From Nitrospirota bacterium (lineage in GTDB: Bacteria; Nitrospirota; UBA9217), in NCBI GenBank assembly GCA_035623825.1, contig DASPSR010000042.1, positions 36,883-100,882 on the forward strand: DNA of 64,000 nucleotides, read 5' to 3'. Shown piece after piece: positions 29,141-38,002 of this stretch. The position numbers and the translations under genes are program-made. Numbering within the stretch: the stretch's first letter is position 1; every line of letters starts with the position of its first letter. The notes under the pieces were generated by a model. It saw only the letters and a list, made by a program, of their open reading frames with translations. It was not told where the DNA came from and made no database searches.

Positions 29141-31228
29141 TTAACGGGCCATCTGCAACTTTTCGATCACAAAAAGGAGCTGGCCTTCCTGAACGGTGTC
29201 GTTGATCTTGATACAAACCTCAGCAACCTGTCCTTCGAGTGGAGCGAGAATCGCATTCTCCATCTTCATGGCCTCAAGATTCGCGATCTCCTCTCCCTTG
29301 TGAACGATATCGCCAACCTTGATGGTCCCTCGTTCGGGGTTGCCGATTCTCCAGATATTGCCGCTGATCGGCGCGCCGACATCGCTCGGATTCTTTGCCA
29401 CCCTAACTTCAGCCTTTTTTGCTCTTGGCGTCGCGACGGTATACACCCGTGTCTTGTTGTTCACTCTCATCACCACATAGACAAAGCCCTCATGTTCAGC
29501 GCCAACCGACACCAGCTCAAGTGAATACGGCTTGCCCCAGAGATCGAAATTCACCCGGTCTCCCGGTTTTTTTAGCCCTTCCCGCCATACACCCGTTGGA
29601 AGGGCCAGCGGCGCATCTCCGTACTTGTCCCTGAATGCGATGAATTCCAGGGCGTCCTTCGGATGCATAAGATACAGGACAAACTCTTCTTCTGTTGCCG
29701 CCCGCGCGAGGTTGTCCGAAAGCTCCTTTCTTAACCTGTCGAGGTCGTCGTCCGGTACCGAATCGAGCGGGGAAAGCTCTTTTCGTTCTCTCATCTTGGT
29801 AGCCCATTCTTCTCCGAAGGCGCTTCGATATACCCATTCTGCAGGCCAGCCTACTGGGAGTTTTCCATAATTTCCTAGCAGCAGATTCTTGAAGTCTCCG
29901 GGCGCGTTCCTGAAGAGCAGAAGCAGTTCTTCCCGCTCATCATTCGTCATGTCGTCAAAATCCTGCCCCTTATCCTCTACAAATTTTATCATGAGTTCGA
30001 TGATATGCTTAACGCCTGCGTCACCGCGTTCTTTGGCATACCTGTTGATGATTCCGCTGCAGGTGACCCACGTAATCTGAGAGCCGGGCGTAACATCAAA
30101 ATATTTCACAATCCTGTTGTACAGGGACATGAGCTTCAAGATCGCTGGCATGAGATGGAGGAACTCAGCCTTTTGAGCCTGCTCAAAAGAGCTGGGAAAT
30201 GCGCCACCGGGCATTTTGTGAAGCGTCACCGTGTGATCAAGGCCTTTGAAAGGTGATTCGGCCCATTCGTATTGCCCTATCCATTCGCGCACCTGTCGGA
30301 CCGCGCCTTCCGCTTCTGATCGCTTGAGGTGTACGGGAATCCCCGATTCCTCAAAAATGGCGTGAACAGCAAGTATAGGCGAGTGGCCGTAGAAGCGAAC
30401 CAGGGAGTCTTCTTCCACATCAAATATCTTAGCGCCAGCCTTCGCTGCCGATAGAAGGGCAGGTATTGCAAGCCCGTCGGTAATGTGACGGTGATAATTT
30501 ATCACCAATCCCGGATAGGCTTGTTTGATCGCATCAACGAGATTGCCAATTCGGGTCACGTCGCCGACACCGGCCATGTCCTTCACGCACAGGACAATCT
30601 CATCAATTCCTGAGCACAGGTCGACGATATCCCTGATAACCTTTAGATAGTATTCGTTGGTTGCCCAGTCCGCCGTCGTAAAAGAAATGGTCGGTTCGAA
30701 AAGCCGACCTCTCTTCATGACGACTTCAGCGACGCTGCGCATGTTCCTTACATCGTTCAGGAACGAGAAGCATCTCCAGACATCGATGTCCACCTGTGAG
30801 ACGGCGTGCTCTATCACGTTTTTGGGATAGGGCCTGTAGCCCCAGAGATTCGTCTCCCGTATGAGGGTTTGGAGGAGTACGCGTGGCATGAGTCCCCGAA
30901 GAAGAGCGGTCTCTTCAAAGGGGCTTTCCCTTCTATTCATGATGCCTACATGCCACCGTGCGCCGCCGTGACACTCGGAGCTGAATAGACCCATATTGTT
31001 GTAGAAAGGTGCAAGGGTTTTCAGGTCGTACATGCGGTGTCGGTTTTTAAAATCTGATTGGCCGGCATCCCGCATTCCTACAGAGGTCAGACAAACCCCC
31101 GAAAGTCCGCGGACTGCCTTGATAATCTCTTTGGGCGTCATCTCTGGCCGCGCAAAGGTGCCTTCCGGGCTTCGTACGGCCTTATTGGAACTTGTTATAT
31201 CTTTCTTCTGTCCCTTGTCCTCTGCCAT
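29141..31228 (-). CDS. Biotin-dependent 2-oxoacid (pyruvate-type) carboxylase, carboxyltransferase plus biotin-carrier subunit
   Basis: RDAGQS, VKDMAG, HRH, MPGG, VTPGSQ, and biotinylation motif EAMKM at the C-terminus. Confidence 0.88.
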   Translation of the reverse strand: MAEDKGQKKDITSSNKAVRSPEGTFARPEMTPKEIIKAVRGLSGVCLTSVGMRDAGQSDFKNRHRMYDLKTLAPFYNNMGLFSSECHGGARWHVGIMNRRESPFEETALLRGLMPRVLLQTLIRETNLWGYRPYPKNVIEHAVSQVDIDVWRCFSFLNDVRNMRSVAEVVMKRGRLFEPTISFTTADWATNEYYLKVIRDIVDLCSGIDEIVLCVKDMAGVGDVTRIGNLVDAIKQAYPGLVINYHRHITDGLAIPALLSAAKAGAKIFDVEEDSLVRFYGHSPILAVHAIFEESGIPVHLKRSEAEGAVRQVREWIGQYEWAESPFKGLDHTVTLHKMPGGAFPSSFEQAQKAEFLHLMPAILKLMSLYNRIVKYFDVTPGSQITWVTCSGIINRYAKERGDAGVKHIIELMIKFVEDKGQDFDDMTNDEREELLLLFRNAPGDFKNLLLGNYGKLPVGWPAEWVYRSAFGEEWATKMRERKELSPLDSVPDDDLDRLRKELSDNLARAATEEEFVLYLMHPKDALEFIAFRDKYGDAPLALPTGVWREGLKKPGDRVNFDLWGKPYSLELVSVGAEHEGFVYVVMRVNNKTRVYTVATPRAKKAEVRVAKNPSDVGAPISGNIWRIGNPERGTIKVGDIVHKGEEIANLEAMKMENAILAPLEGQVAEVCIKINDTVQEGQLLFVIEKLQMAR

Positions 31229-31237
31229 CTGGCTACC

Positions 31238-32695
31238 TCACATCCATTTCTGCGGCCCGAGAGCTGATATCTCCGCCACATATCGTGCAATCTTGAGAAC
31301 CTCATCCTCGCTGTTCTTTTCCCTGAACATTGAGATAAGCTCGTCCATATGCTCCTCGATGAACCGTGTTGAGAATTCCCCGGAGATGAAGGATGGGTGC
31401 CGAATGATGGAGAGTAGCAGAGGCTGAAGCGTCTTCACCCCCTCTACCCTAAGGTTCCTGCCGAGAGAGCGGTCCATGACCCTGATTGCGTCCTTGCGGT
31501 CCGCACCGGCGGTCATGAGCAGCATAAACAGAGAATCGTAGTATGCGGGAATGTCTCCACCCTCGTAAACTCCCGAGGCCACGCGCACGTTCGGTCCCAT
31601 CGGGATCTGAAGTCTGGTGATAGAGCCGAAGGAGGGGCTGAAGCTCTTCGGGTCTTCGGCGTTCAGCCGAACCTCGAGCGCCCATCGGTTCGGCCGGATG
31701 GCGGACTGCTTGAAGGGCAGCTTCTTGCCCAGGGCCACATCGATCATGATGCCGACGATGTCCAATCCAGTGATCAGCTCCGTGATGCCGTGCTCGACTT
31801 GGAGGCGAGTGTTCACTTCGAGGAAGTAAAATTTTCTCGTTGCGGAATCAAAAATGTACTCGACGGTTCCGGCCGTTGTGTAGCCAATCTCACGCATCAG
31901 CTGCGTCGCGGTGGAACAGATCTCGTTCCGGAGGTTCTCATCGAGGCTGGGCGATGGCGCCTCCTCGATGATCTTCTGATTCCTGCGCTGGAGCGTACAC
32001 TCCCTCTCGTAGAGGTGAACTACATTCCCATGGGCGTCGGCCACGATCTGGACTTCGATATGCCTGCCACGCTCGATGTACTTCTCCACGAGGATGGTAT
32101 CGTCGCCGAATGACTTCTTGGCCTCGGACCGGGCTCGGGACAGCGCCTGCGACAGCTGCTCGTCGTTCTCTACCTTGACCATGCCCTTCCCGCCGCCACC
32201 TGCTGCGGCCTTGATCATGATGGGATAGGCCACATCGTCCTTCTTCATCCAGATCTTGATCTGCTCGACGTTTGTGACTGCGTCGATGCCTGGAATGATG
32301 GGCACATTGGCCTTCTTGGCCAGTGCCTTGGCCCCGATTTTGTCTCCCAGCTTGCCGATGACCTCGTGAGAAGGTCCGATCCAGGTGAGGCCCGCATCAG
32401 TCACCTTTCGCGCGAATTCCGCATTTTCCGCAAGGAACCCCCAGCCCGGGTGGATCGCGTCAGACCTGCTCTCAAGGGCAGCCCGGATCATCTTGTCCAT
32501 GTTGAGATAGGACTCTGCCGGTGGCGCCGCTCCGATGTGGACTGCCTCGTCAGCCATAAAAACATGGTGGGCAAGACGGTCGGGATCGCTATAGACCGCA
32601 ATGGTCGGAATCTTCCGGTCCCTGCATGTGTGCATAACTCTGACCGCAGGGACCCCTCGGTTCGCAACCAAGATTTTATTTATCTTTCTGTCCAT
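31238..32695 (-). CDS. Biotin carboxylase subunit (PycA/AccC-like)
   Basis: KILVANRG, IHPGWGFLAEN, KAAAGGGGKGM, ERECTLQRRNQK, FLEVNTRLQVEH. Confidence 0.95.
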   Translation of the reverse strand: MDRKINKILVANRGVPAVRVMHTCRDRKIPTIAVYSDPDRLAHHVFMADEAVHIGAAPPAESYLNMDKMIRAALESRSDAIHPGWGFLAENAEFARKVTDAGLTWIGPSHEVIGKLGDKIGAKALAKKANVPIIPGIDAVTNVEQIKIWMKKDDVAYPIMIKAAAGGGGKGMVKVENDEQLSQALSRARSEAKKSFGDDTILVEKYIERGRHIEVQIVADAHGNVVHLYERECTLQRRNQKIIEEAPSPSLDENLRNEICSTATQLMREIGYTTAGTVEYIFDSATRKFYFLEVNTRLQVEHGITELITGLDIVGIMIDVALGKKLPFKQSAIRPNRWALEVRLNAEDPKSFSPSFGSITRLQIPMGPNVRVASGVYEGGDIPAYYDSLFMLLMTAGADRKDAIRVMDRSLGRNLRVEGVKTLQPLLLSIIRHPSFISGEFSTRFIEEHMDELISMFREKNSEDEVLKIARYVAEISALGPQKWM

Positions 32696-32716
32696 AACTG
32701 TCCCCCGTGCCTATCA

Positions 32717-32779
32717 GAAAAAAAGACCTTTACCCGACGAATAGCAGGTCCCGATTCTATTCACCCTGGCAAAGGTCTT
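32717..32779 (-). terminator. Long hairpin plus U-tract just upstream of the carboxylase start (attenuator-like)
   Basis: Minus strand AAGACCUUUGCC...GGUAAAGGUCUU with inner GAAUAG/CUAUUC, followed by U7. Confidence 0.6.
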
Positions 32780-32888
32780 GATTGTCAAACTACACCAGTC
32801 TACAGCATCGCCGGACGGCATCTTTATGATTGTATGTCCGCAGGCTGAAGATATTCCCATATCGGCTGCGCCGCTACAGGTAAGGTTC

Positions 32889-32918
32889 ATAATATTTGAG
32901 TATCCCGCTATTTGTCAA
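32889..32918 (-). promoter_or_regulatory. Sigma70-type promoter of the carboxylase operon
   Basis: TTGACA-18 nt-TATTAT. Confidence 0.55.
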
Positions 32919-33170
32919 GTTATAATTTGGTCCTCTATTCCTTCTTCTCTCGATACTTCAGGGCTCAGTATCCTAAGAAACATGGCCTGAAAGGATTAAT
33001 CTCTTGCTTCACTGACCGGTGCGGTGCCGGCGACCGCAAAGACGCGGCTGCAGGCATCTGCGATAAGGCATAGGTTCATTGCCCAATCAATCAGGGTCTG
33101 GCGGCCTGCGTATAAAAAAGGAGAATGCAGGACGGGAGCAAGAATGGTCAAATTAGATTGCTAAGGTGAG

Positions 33171-34784
33171 TTAATCCTCGAAACGCGTCACGAACGCGCC
33201 GATGAAGTGCATCGAATGAACATAGTCTGTGAAGGGAACCTCTTTCACTGCACCGCCGCCGGGATTTCCCTCTTTTTCCTTGACGCCGGCGGCGTGAATC
33301 AGGTAAGGCTTGCCGGATTTAATGTGGACGATCGAGAGGTGGGCGATAATTTCCTCGACAGTGCGCTTCTTCGGATCCTTGGCCCAGTAGATGATGTCGC
33401 CATCCTGAAGTTTTTTCTGAAAGGATCTCGTCGCAAGAACAGACTTCGGGAGGATGTCCACGGTGTCCTTGCCGCGGGAACCGGGAATCGTTCTCGGGGT
33501 CCCGAGCTCAGCAGTGATGTTCTTTCCCCACTTGCCGCTGAAGACCATGTCTTCGCCGTATTGGAAGCGGTCGTCATAGTTCGTGACGAGGCCGTCGGAG
33601 AGCTTGCCTTGGGTTTTGAACCGTAGCGTGAGCGCCTGTTCTATAGCTTCAGCCGGCGTACTGCTCTTGGCTAGTTCGACGGAGCGGAAAGCATGGTACA
33701 TGCAGTCGACCTTTTCGTCCGCCACGATACGGTTCGTGCGCACATAGAGGCCCAGGGGGTCAGGGTCGTACGGCGTGCCGATGAAGCGGCTTGCCCAGTA
33801 CGAGATTCTTTTGCCGAGCGGAAGCCTGGCGGTCCGCGCCTGCGTAATGAGGATCTCATCAGCGGTCATCTCTGACGTCGTCTTCTTTTGGTCCGGATCG
33901 GCACCGATGATACGAAGCCCGTACTGGAGGGCGTTGGCATATCTCCGATCGTAGATGCCAGCAAGCTGAACGGAATGCTTTTTCGAAGATTGGAGAAACC
34001 TGCCGCTCCCGAGAAAGAGACCCTCATTCCCATCGTAGAATACAAGAATATCGCCGGGCTGGAGATCATGCTTCAGCACGCGTTCCGCTTTTGCCTTGAG
34101 CGATGCGCTGTCCGTGCCTATGGGGAAACCGTGAATACGGTAGGCAATGTGAATTAGCCCACGGGTATCCATGCCCTGAGCAGTGAGCCCGCCCGGAAGG
34201 TATCGCACGCCGAGGAACTTTCTTGCAGTCGTGGCGATCTCCTCGGGCGTGGTGTCGTTTACAATGGGATCGATGGGCTTAACGGGAATTGCATCTGACG
34301 GATCAATGATAGCGACAGAGCGGTCGGGGAACTGAACCGTGAACCCGTCCGACTTTTTTTCGAGCACGGGAAGACGCGTGCCGGCATAGAGCGGAACCTT
34401 GTGATTGCCCGTCTTGTCCAGAATCAGCGCCTCGGTCTTGGGCACAGCAATCACGATCCACTGACGGTCGGCATTGAGATAGTGGCGACCCTTGTCCTTT
34501 GGAATGTGGACCGCCTCCTGCTGTATCCAGCCTTCACGGTTGTCTTGGTTCGGGATCGCGATCCGGTACCGGTAGTCCTGCTTTTCGAGGATGAGCACCT
34601 CATCAGCCATAAGCACCTGGGTCACGAGGCCTGATTTTGGAATCGGTTCCTCATGCACATTGGCGAGGGGCGCCGATATGATGCCGATGATGGTGTTTTT
34701 GGTTTTTGGTTCCTGAGGAGATGCAGCAGCGGAAAGCAGCAGCGCGGTGCAAAGAATGATGAATATATGGGAAAGCTTTTTCAT
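33171..34784 (-). CDS. Secreted cell-wall hydrolase: SH3-like domains, degenerate NlpC/P60, DUF1460-like amidase domain
   Basis: Signal peptide; ARKFLGVRYLPGG...GMDTRG (NlpC/P60 without Cys); SRFIGTPY...VDCMY...LQDGDII...AHLSIV...LIHA. Confidence 0.82.
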   Translation of the reverse strand: MKKLSHIFIILCTALLLSAAASPQEPKTKNTIIGIISAPLANVHEEPIPKSGLVTQVLMADEVLILEKQDYRYRIAIPNQDNREGWIQQEAVHIPKDKGRHYLNADRQWIVIAVPKTEALILDKTGNHKVPLYAGTRLPVLEKKSDGFTVQFPDRSVAIIDPSDAIPVKPIDPIVNDTTPEEIATTARKFLGVRYLPGGLTAQGMDTRGLIHIAYRIHGFPIGTDSASLKAKAERVLKHDLQPGDILVFYDGNEGLFLGSGRFLQSSKKHSVQLAGIYDRRYANALQYGLRIIGADPDQKKTTSEMTADEILITQARTARLPLGKRISYWASRFIGTPYDPDPLGLYVRTNRIVADEKVDCMYHAFRSVELAKSSTPAEAIEQALTLRFKTQGKLSDGLVTNYDDRFQYGEDMVFSGKWGKNITAELGTPRTIPGSRGKDTVDILPKSVLATRSFQKKLQDGDIIYWAKDPKKRTVEEIIAHLSIVHIKSGKPYLIHAAGVKEKEGNPGGGAVKEVPFTDYVHSMHFIGAFVTRFED

Positions 34785-34848
34785 CAGATGAATTCAGGAA
34801 AGCGATATGGCGTATGGTGCTGCCTGCTGCCGCGAACGGTGAACAGAG

Positions 34849-34933
34849 TGGTGCCGAAGGGGGGACTCGAACCCCCATGGGTTGCCCCACACGCCCCTCA
34901 AACGTGCGTGTCTACCAATTCCACCACTTCGGC
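34849..34933 (-). tRNA. tRNA-Leu (anticodon GAG)
   Basis: GCCGAAGTGGTGGAATTGGTAGACACGCACGTTTGAGGGGCGTGTGGGGCAACCCATGGGGGTTCGAGTCCCCCCTTCGGCACCA; cloverleaf, long variable arm, encoded CCA. Confidence 0.97.
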
Positions 34934-35042
34934 ACTTGAAAACACTATATAACCACAGATGAAAACGGAAACGGACCTACGGCAATCCATTCGGCTTGCC
35001 GCGCTACCGGTTACTCAGTGTCCATCCGCGGGAAATCAATTT

Positions 35043-35984
35043 CTACTTCTTCACGGCAGGCTGCTTCGCATAGACAAACGTGAGCCAGTCCTCGTGCCGG
35101 TTATGCCTGCCGTTCACGATATCAAAAAACGCGGCCTGGAGCTCCGCGGTGACCCGTCCGGGCTTGCCTTTCCCGATCTGCCGGTTGTCCACTTCACGAA
35201 TCGGCGTAATCTCAGCCGCCGTGCCAGTAAAGAACGCCTCGTCGGCAATGTAGAGCTCGTCCCTCGTGAACCGCTCTTCCACGAGACGCATGCCACGCTC
35301 CGCAGCAAGGTGGATGATCGTGTCCCGGGTGATGCCTTCGAGGATGGACGTGAGGGGCGGTGTCTTGATCAAGCCCTTGCGCACAATAAAAATGTTCTCA
35401 CCGCTTCCTTCCGCGACATAGCCGTCGGTATCGAGCAGTATTGCTTCGTCATAGCCATCCTTGAGCGCTTCCCGTTTGGCAAGAAGGGAGTTCGCATAAT
35501 TGGCCGCGGTCTTGGAGCGCACCATTGTAGCGTTGACATGTGGCCGGACAAAGGATGAGATCTTGACACGGATCCCGTTCTTGATCCCTTCCTCGCCCAG
35601 ATAGCTGCCCCAGGGCCAAACGGCAATGGCAAGGTCAACCGGATTATCTTTAGGAAAGACCCCCATGGCGCCGTAGCCTATATATGCGAGTGGCCTGATG
35701 TAGCATGCGTCGATCTTGTTCTCGCGGATGGTTTCGAGAATCGCCTCGGCGACGGCTTCGCGGGCAAACGGGATCTGCATCTGCAAGATGTGCGCGGAAT
35801 CGAAGAGACGGTCCACGTGCTCATGCAGCCTGAAGACCGCCGGTCCATCATTGGCCTTGTAGCAACGGATGCCCTCGAACACCGCGGTGCTGTAGTGAAG
35901 CGAATGAGTCAGGACGTGAACCTTTGCGTCATCCCACTTCACGAACGCACCGTTCATCCATATTTTTTCCGTGGCTTGCAGCAT
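35043..35984 (-). CDS. ilvE: Branched-chain amino acid aminotransferase
   Basis: LHYSTAVFEGIRCY, YIRPL, AEGSGENIF, ILEGITRDT, EAFFTGTAAEITP; start set at the second ATG. Confidence 0.96.
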   Translation of the reverse strand: MLQATEKIWMNGAFVKWDDAKVHVLTHSLHYSTAVFEGIRCYKANDGPAVFRLHEHVDRLFDSAHILQMQIPFAREAVAEAILETIRENKIDACYIRPLAYIGYGAMGVFPKDNPVDLAIAVWPWGSYLGEEGIKNGIRVKISSFVRPHVNATMVRSKTAANYANSLLAKREALKDGYDEAILLDTDGYVAEGSGENIFIVRKGLIKTPPLTSILEGITRDTIIHLAAERGMRLVEERFTRDELYIADEAFFTGTAAEITPIREVDNRQIGKGKPGRVTAELQAAFFDIVNGRHNRHEDWLTFVYAKQPAVKK

Positions 35985-36846
35985 AGGAAACATTTATAAC
36001 AGCCTGTATTAAAATTGTCAATCGTTTTTTCCGTTCTTCGTTTTCACTCACGGCCAATGGCGCGCCCGGTGGCTCGAATCCTGAGAATGTGAACCAGATG
36101 AAAGGCGCAGCGAGTACTGCTTCGCAGGGATAGTTCTCATGATTACAGAGGTTCGCAAATACGCCTCAATAGGCTAATACGGCTGCCCAGAATGCGCTCG
36201 ATGCGGTTATGGGGAAACATTAAACATTATCATCAATTCTGTGGTAACGGAGACGACGAAGTCATGGAGGGCAACTTCGAGAAGTTTCCTTGCCGAACAT
36301 ATAACATATGATGTTAAGATGTATTCGAAATACACGAAATCTGATCTATGATCTCATAATTTATAGGGATTTAGAGAAACCTGCTTCCCATAACGCGCTC
36401 TTTCAATAAATTTATACCGTTGTGATGAACGCTCGTCTGTTTTAAATAAACACTGCTGATAACCATTCGAATATAGTGGAAGGTCAGTAACTTGTTGATA
36501 TTTTATGCTTTTTCATCTTATTTGCAATATATGATGTGCTACCACTAGCGTTCACAATTAGTCCTATGATTAGTGAATGTTTAGGAAACATTATTTTTCA
36601 AAATGTTTTTTTTTAGAGGTCTTGACAATTCACATTCGTTCAGAGCTTATGCGCTAACCTGAATTCGCTGAAGGCGTCTTGCAGGAAGGCCCGAAAGGGT
36701 GGGACCTTTGGTCGGTCCCATTATGAAGATTGTGGCAGATTGTTGTTGACGTGGGGAAGCGTCTGCAAACACAGAGTCGAGGTTACCATTCCTGCGTATA
36801 TTATTGTTAGAAAATGGGTATAAGCGTTTTTTGGATGATCGTCAGG

Positions 36847-37065
36847 CTAGCCGACCGTGTCTTTCTTCTCCAGATAGTCCCTCTTAGTTGCCGCAGGACC
36901 CTTTTCTGCTTCAAGCAAATAGAGTATTTCCTGGATACGCTTCTGTAAACGGGACACTGCCCTCTGAATTTCTGCGTCTTTTTCCTGTTCGCTCATGAGA
37001 AGGTATTTTTCCAGGCTCGTTCTCTTTTCTTCTGTCTTCATATTTATTGTGTGTTCTGCTTCCAC
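36847..37065 (-). CDS. Small hypothetical helical protein (~72 aa)
   Basis: AGGAGG 8 nt before GTG 37065; charged amphipathic segment EKDAEIQRAVSRLQKRIQEILYLLE. Confidence 0.55.
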   Translation of the reverse strand: MEAEHTINMKTEEKRTSLEKYLLMSEQEKDAEIQRAVSRLQKRIQEILYLLEAEKGPAATKRDYLEKKDTVG

Positions 37066-37350
37066 CGCCGTCACCTCCTGATGTGTTGTTTCCAACTGAT
37101 ATCTGCAACACACAAAACGCAAGGCGCAAGCACTTTGTTCCAGTCAGCCGATCGAGGCTTGCGAGATCTACAAACAAAAGTCTACGTCAAAGCTACTTGA
37201 GTTTATAATCAAAGTAAATCGCCTGATATGGGTATTTTCGGGGTATGACGAGAAATTACAGGAGCAGCAATGGAAATCGTTATGAAATACCGGTATAGAA
37301 ACGAGGATTCCGCAGAATTTTGCAAGATTCTGATGCGTAATGCGTTCGCG

Positions 37351-37977
37351 TCATATGATGCCTGTTTTCCTGGCCTTGAGGAGAGCTTCGCCCCTGTCTT
37401 TGGCCTGCAGCTTTTCGTAAATGTTCTTGATATGGGTGTGCACCGTGTGCGAACTTATTTTTAATTTTATCGAAATCTCCTTGTAAGTCAAACCCTCTTC
37501 AATGCACCTGACAACGTCTTTTTCACGTTGGCTCAAGATGTATTGCTCACTGGTTATACTCTCATCTTGAAATTCGTGGATTACCTTACGTGCTATTTTG
37601 GGGCTCATGGGAGCGCCGCCTTTATGAAGTTCGTGAATGGCTTCAACGATCTCTCTAGGACTGCTTCCTTTCAGGATATACCCAGATGCCCCCGCTTTTA
37701 TTGCGGAAAAGACATTTTCCCGGTCTTCAAACACCGTATGGGCCATGATTTCTACTCCTGGAATCTCTTCCTTTGCTTTTTTGATAAGTTCTATTCCCGA
37801 CATGCCCGGTAGGCCCAAGTCGACAAGCATGATTTCCGGGGCAGCCTTCCCAAGGGCTTGCAGGGTATCCTCCGCTGAACTGAAGGCGCCCACAACAGCA
37901 ATGCCCGACTCTCCGCTCAGGAGCAGCTTGAGGTTTTCCAACAAAAGTGGATCATCTTCAACGATCATTAATCGCAT
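37351..37977 (-). CDS. NarL/LuxR-family response regulator
   Basis: REC (IVEDD, VDLGLPGMSG) plus HTH LSQREKDVV..GLTYKEIS..L.ISSHTVHTHIKNIYEKL. Confidence 0.95.
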   Translation of the reverse strand: MRLMIVEDDPLLLENLKLLLSGESGIAVVGAFSSAEDTLQALGKAAPEIMLVDLGLPGMSGIELIKKAKEEIPGVEIMAHTVFEDRENVFSAIKAGASGYILKGSSPREIVEAIHELHKGGAPMSPKIARKVIHEFQDESITSEQYILSQREKDVVRCIEEGLTYKEISIKLKISSHTVHTHIKNIYEKLQAKDRGEALLKARKTGII

Positions 37978-38002
37978 GAGATTAACCTTATCATAAAATT
38001 AC

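Noticed and set aside
34785-34933. tRNA-Leu as an island integration site
   Set aside because: No integrase and no duplicated tRNA 3' end seen in the window.
36680-36720. c-di-GMP-I (GEMM) riboswitch suggested by CCCGAAAGGGTGGGAC
   Set aside because: Lacks the flanking GYAAA/GCAAA elements and second stem, and has no downstream gene on that strand.
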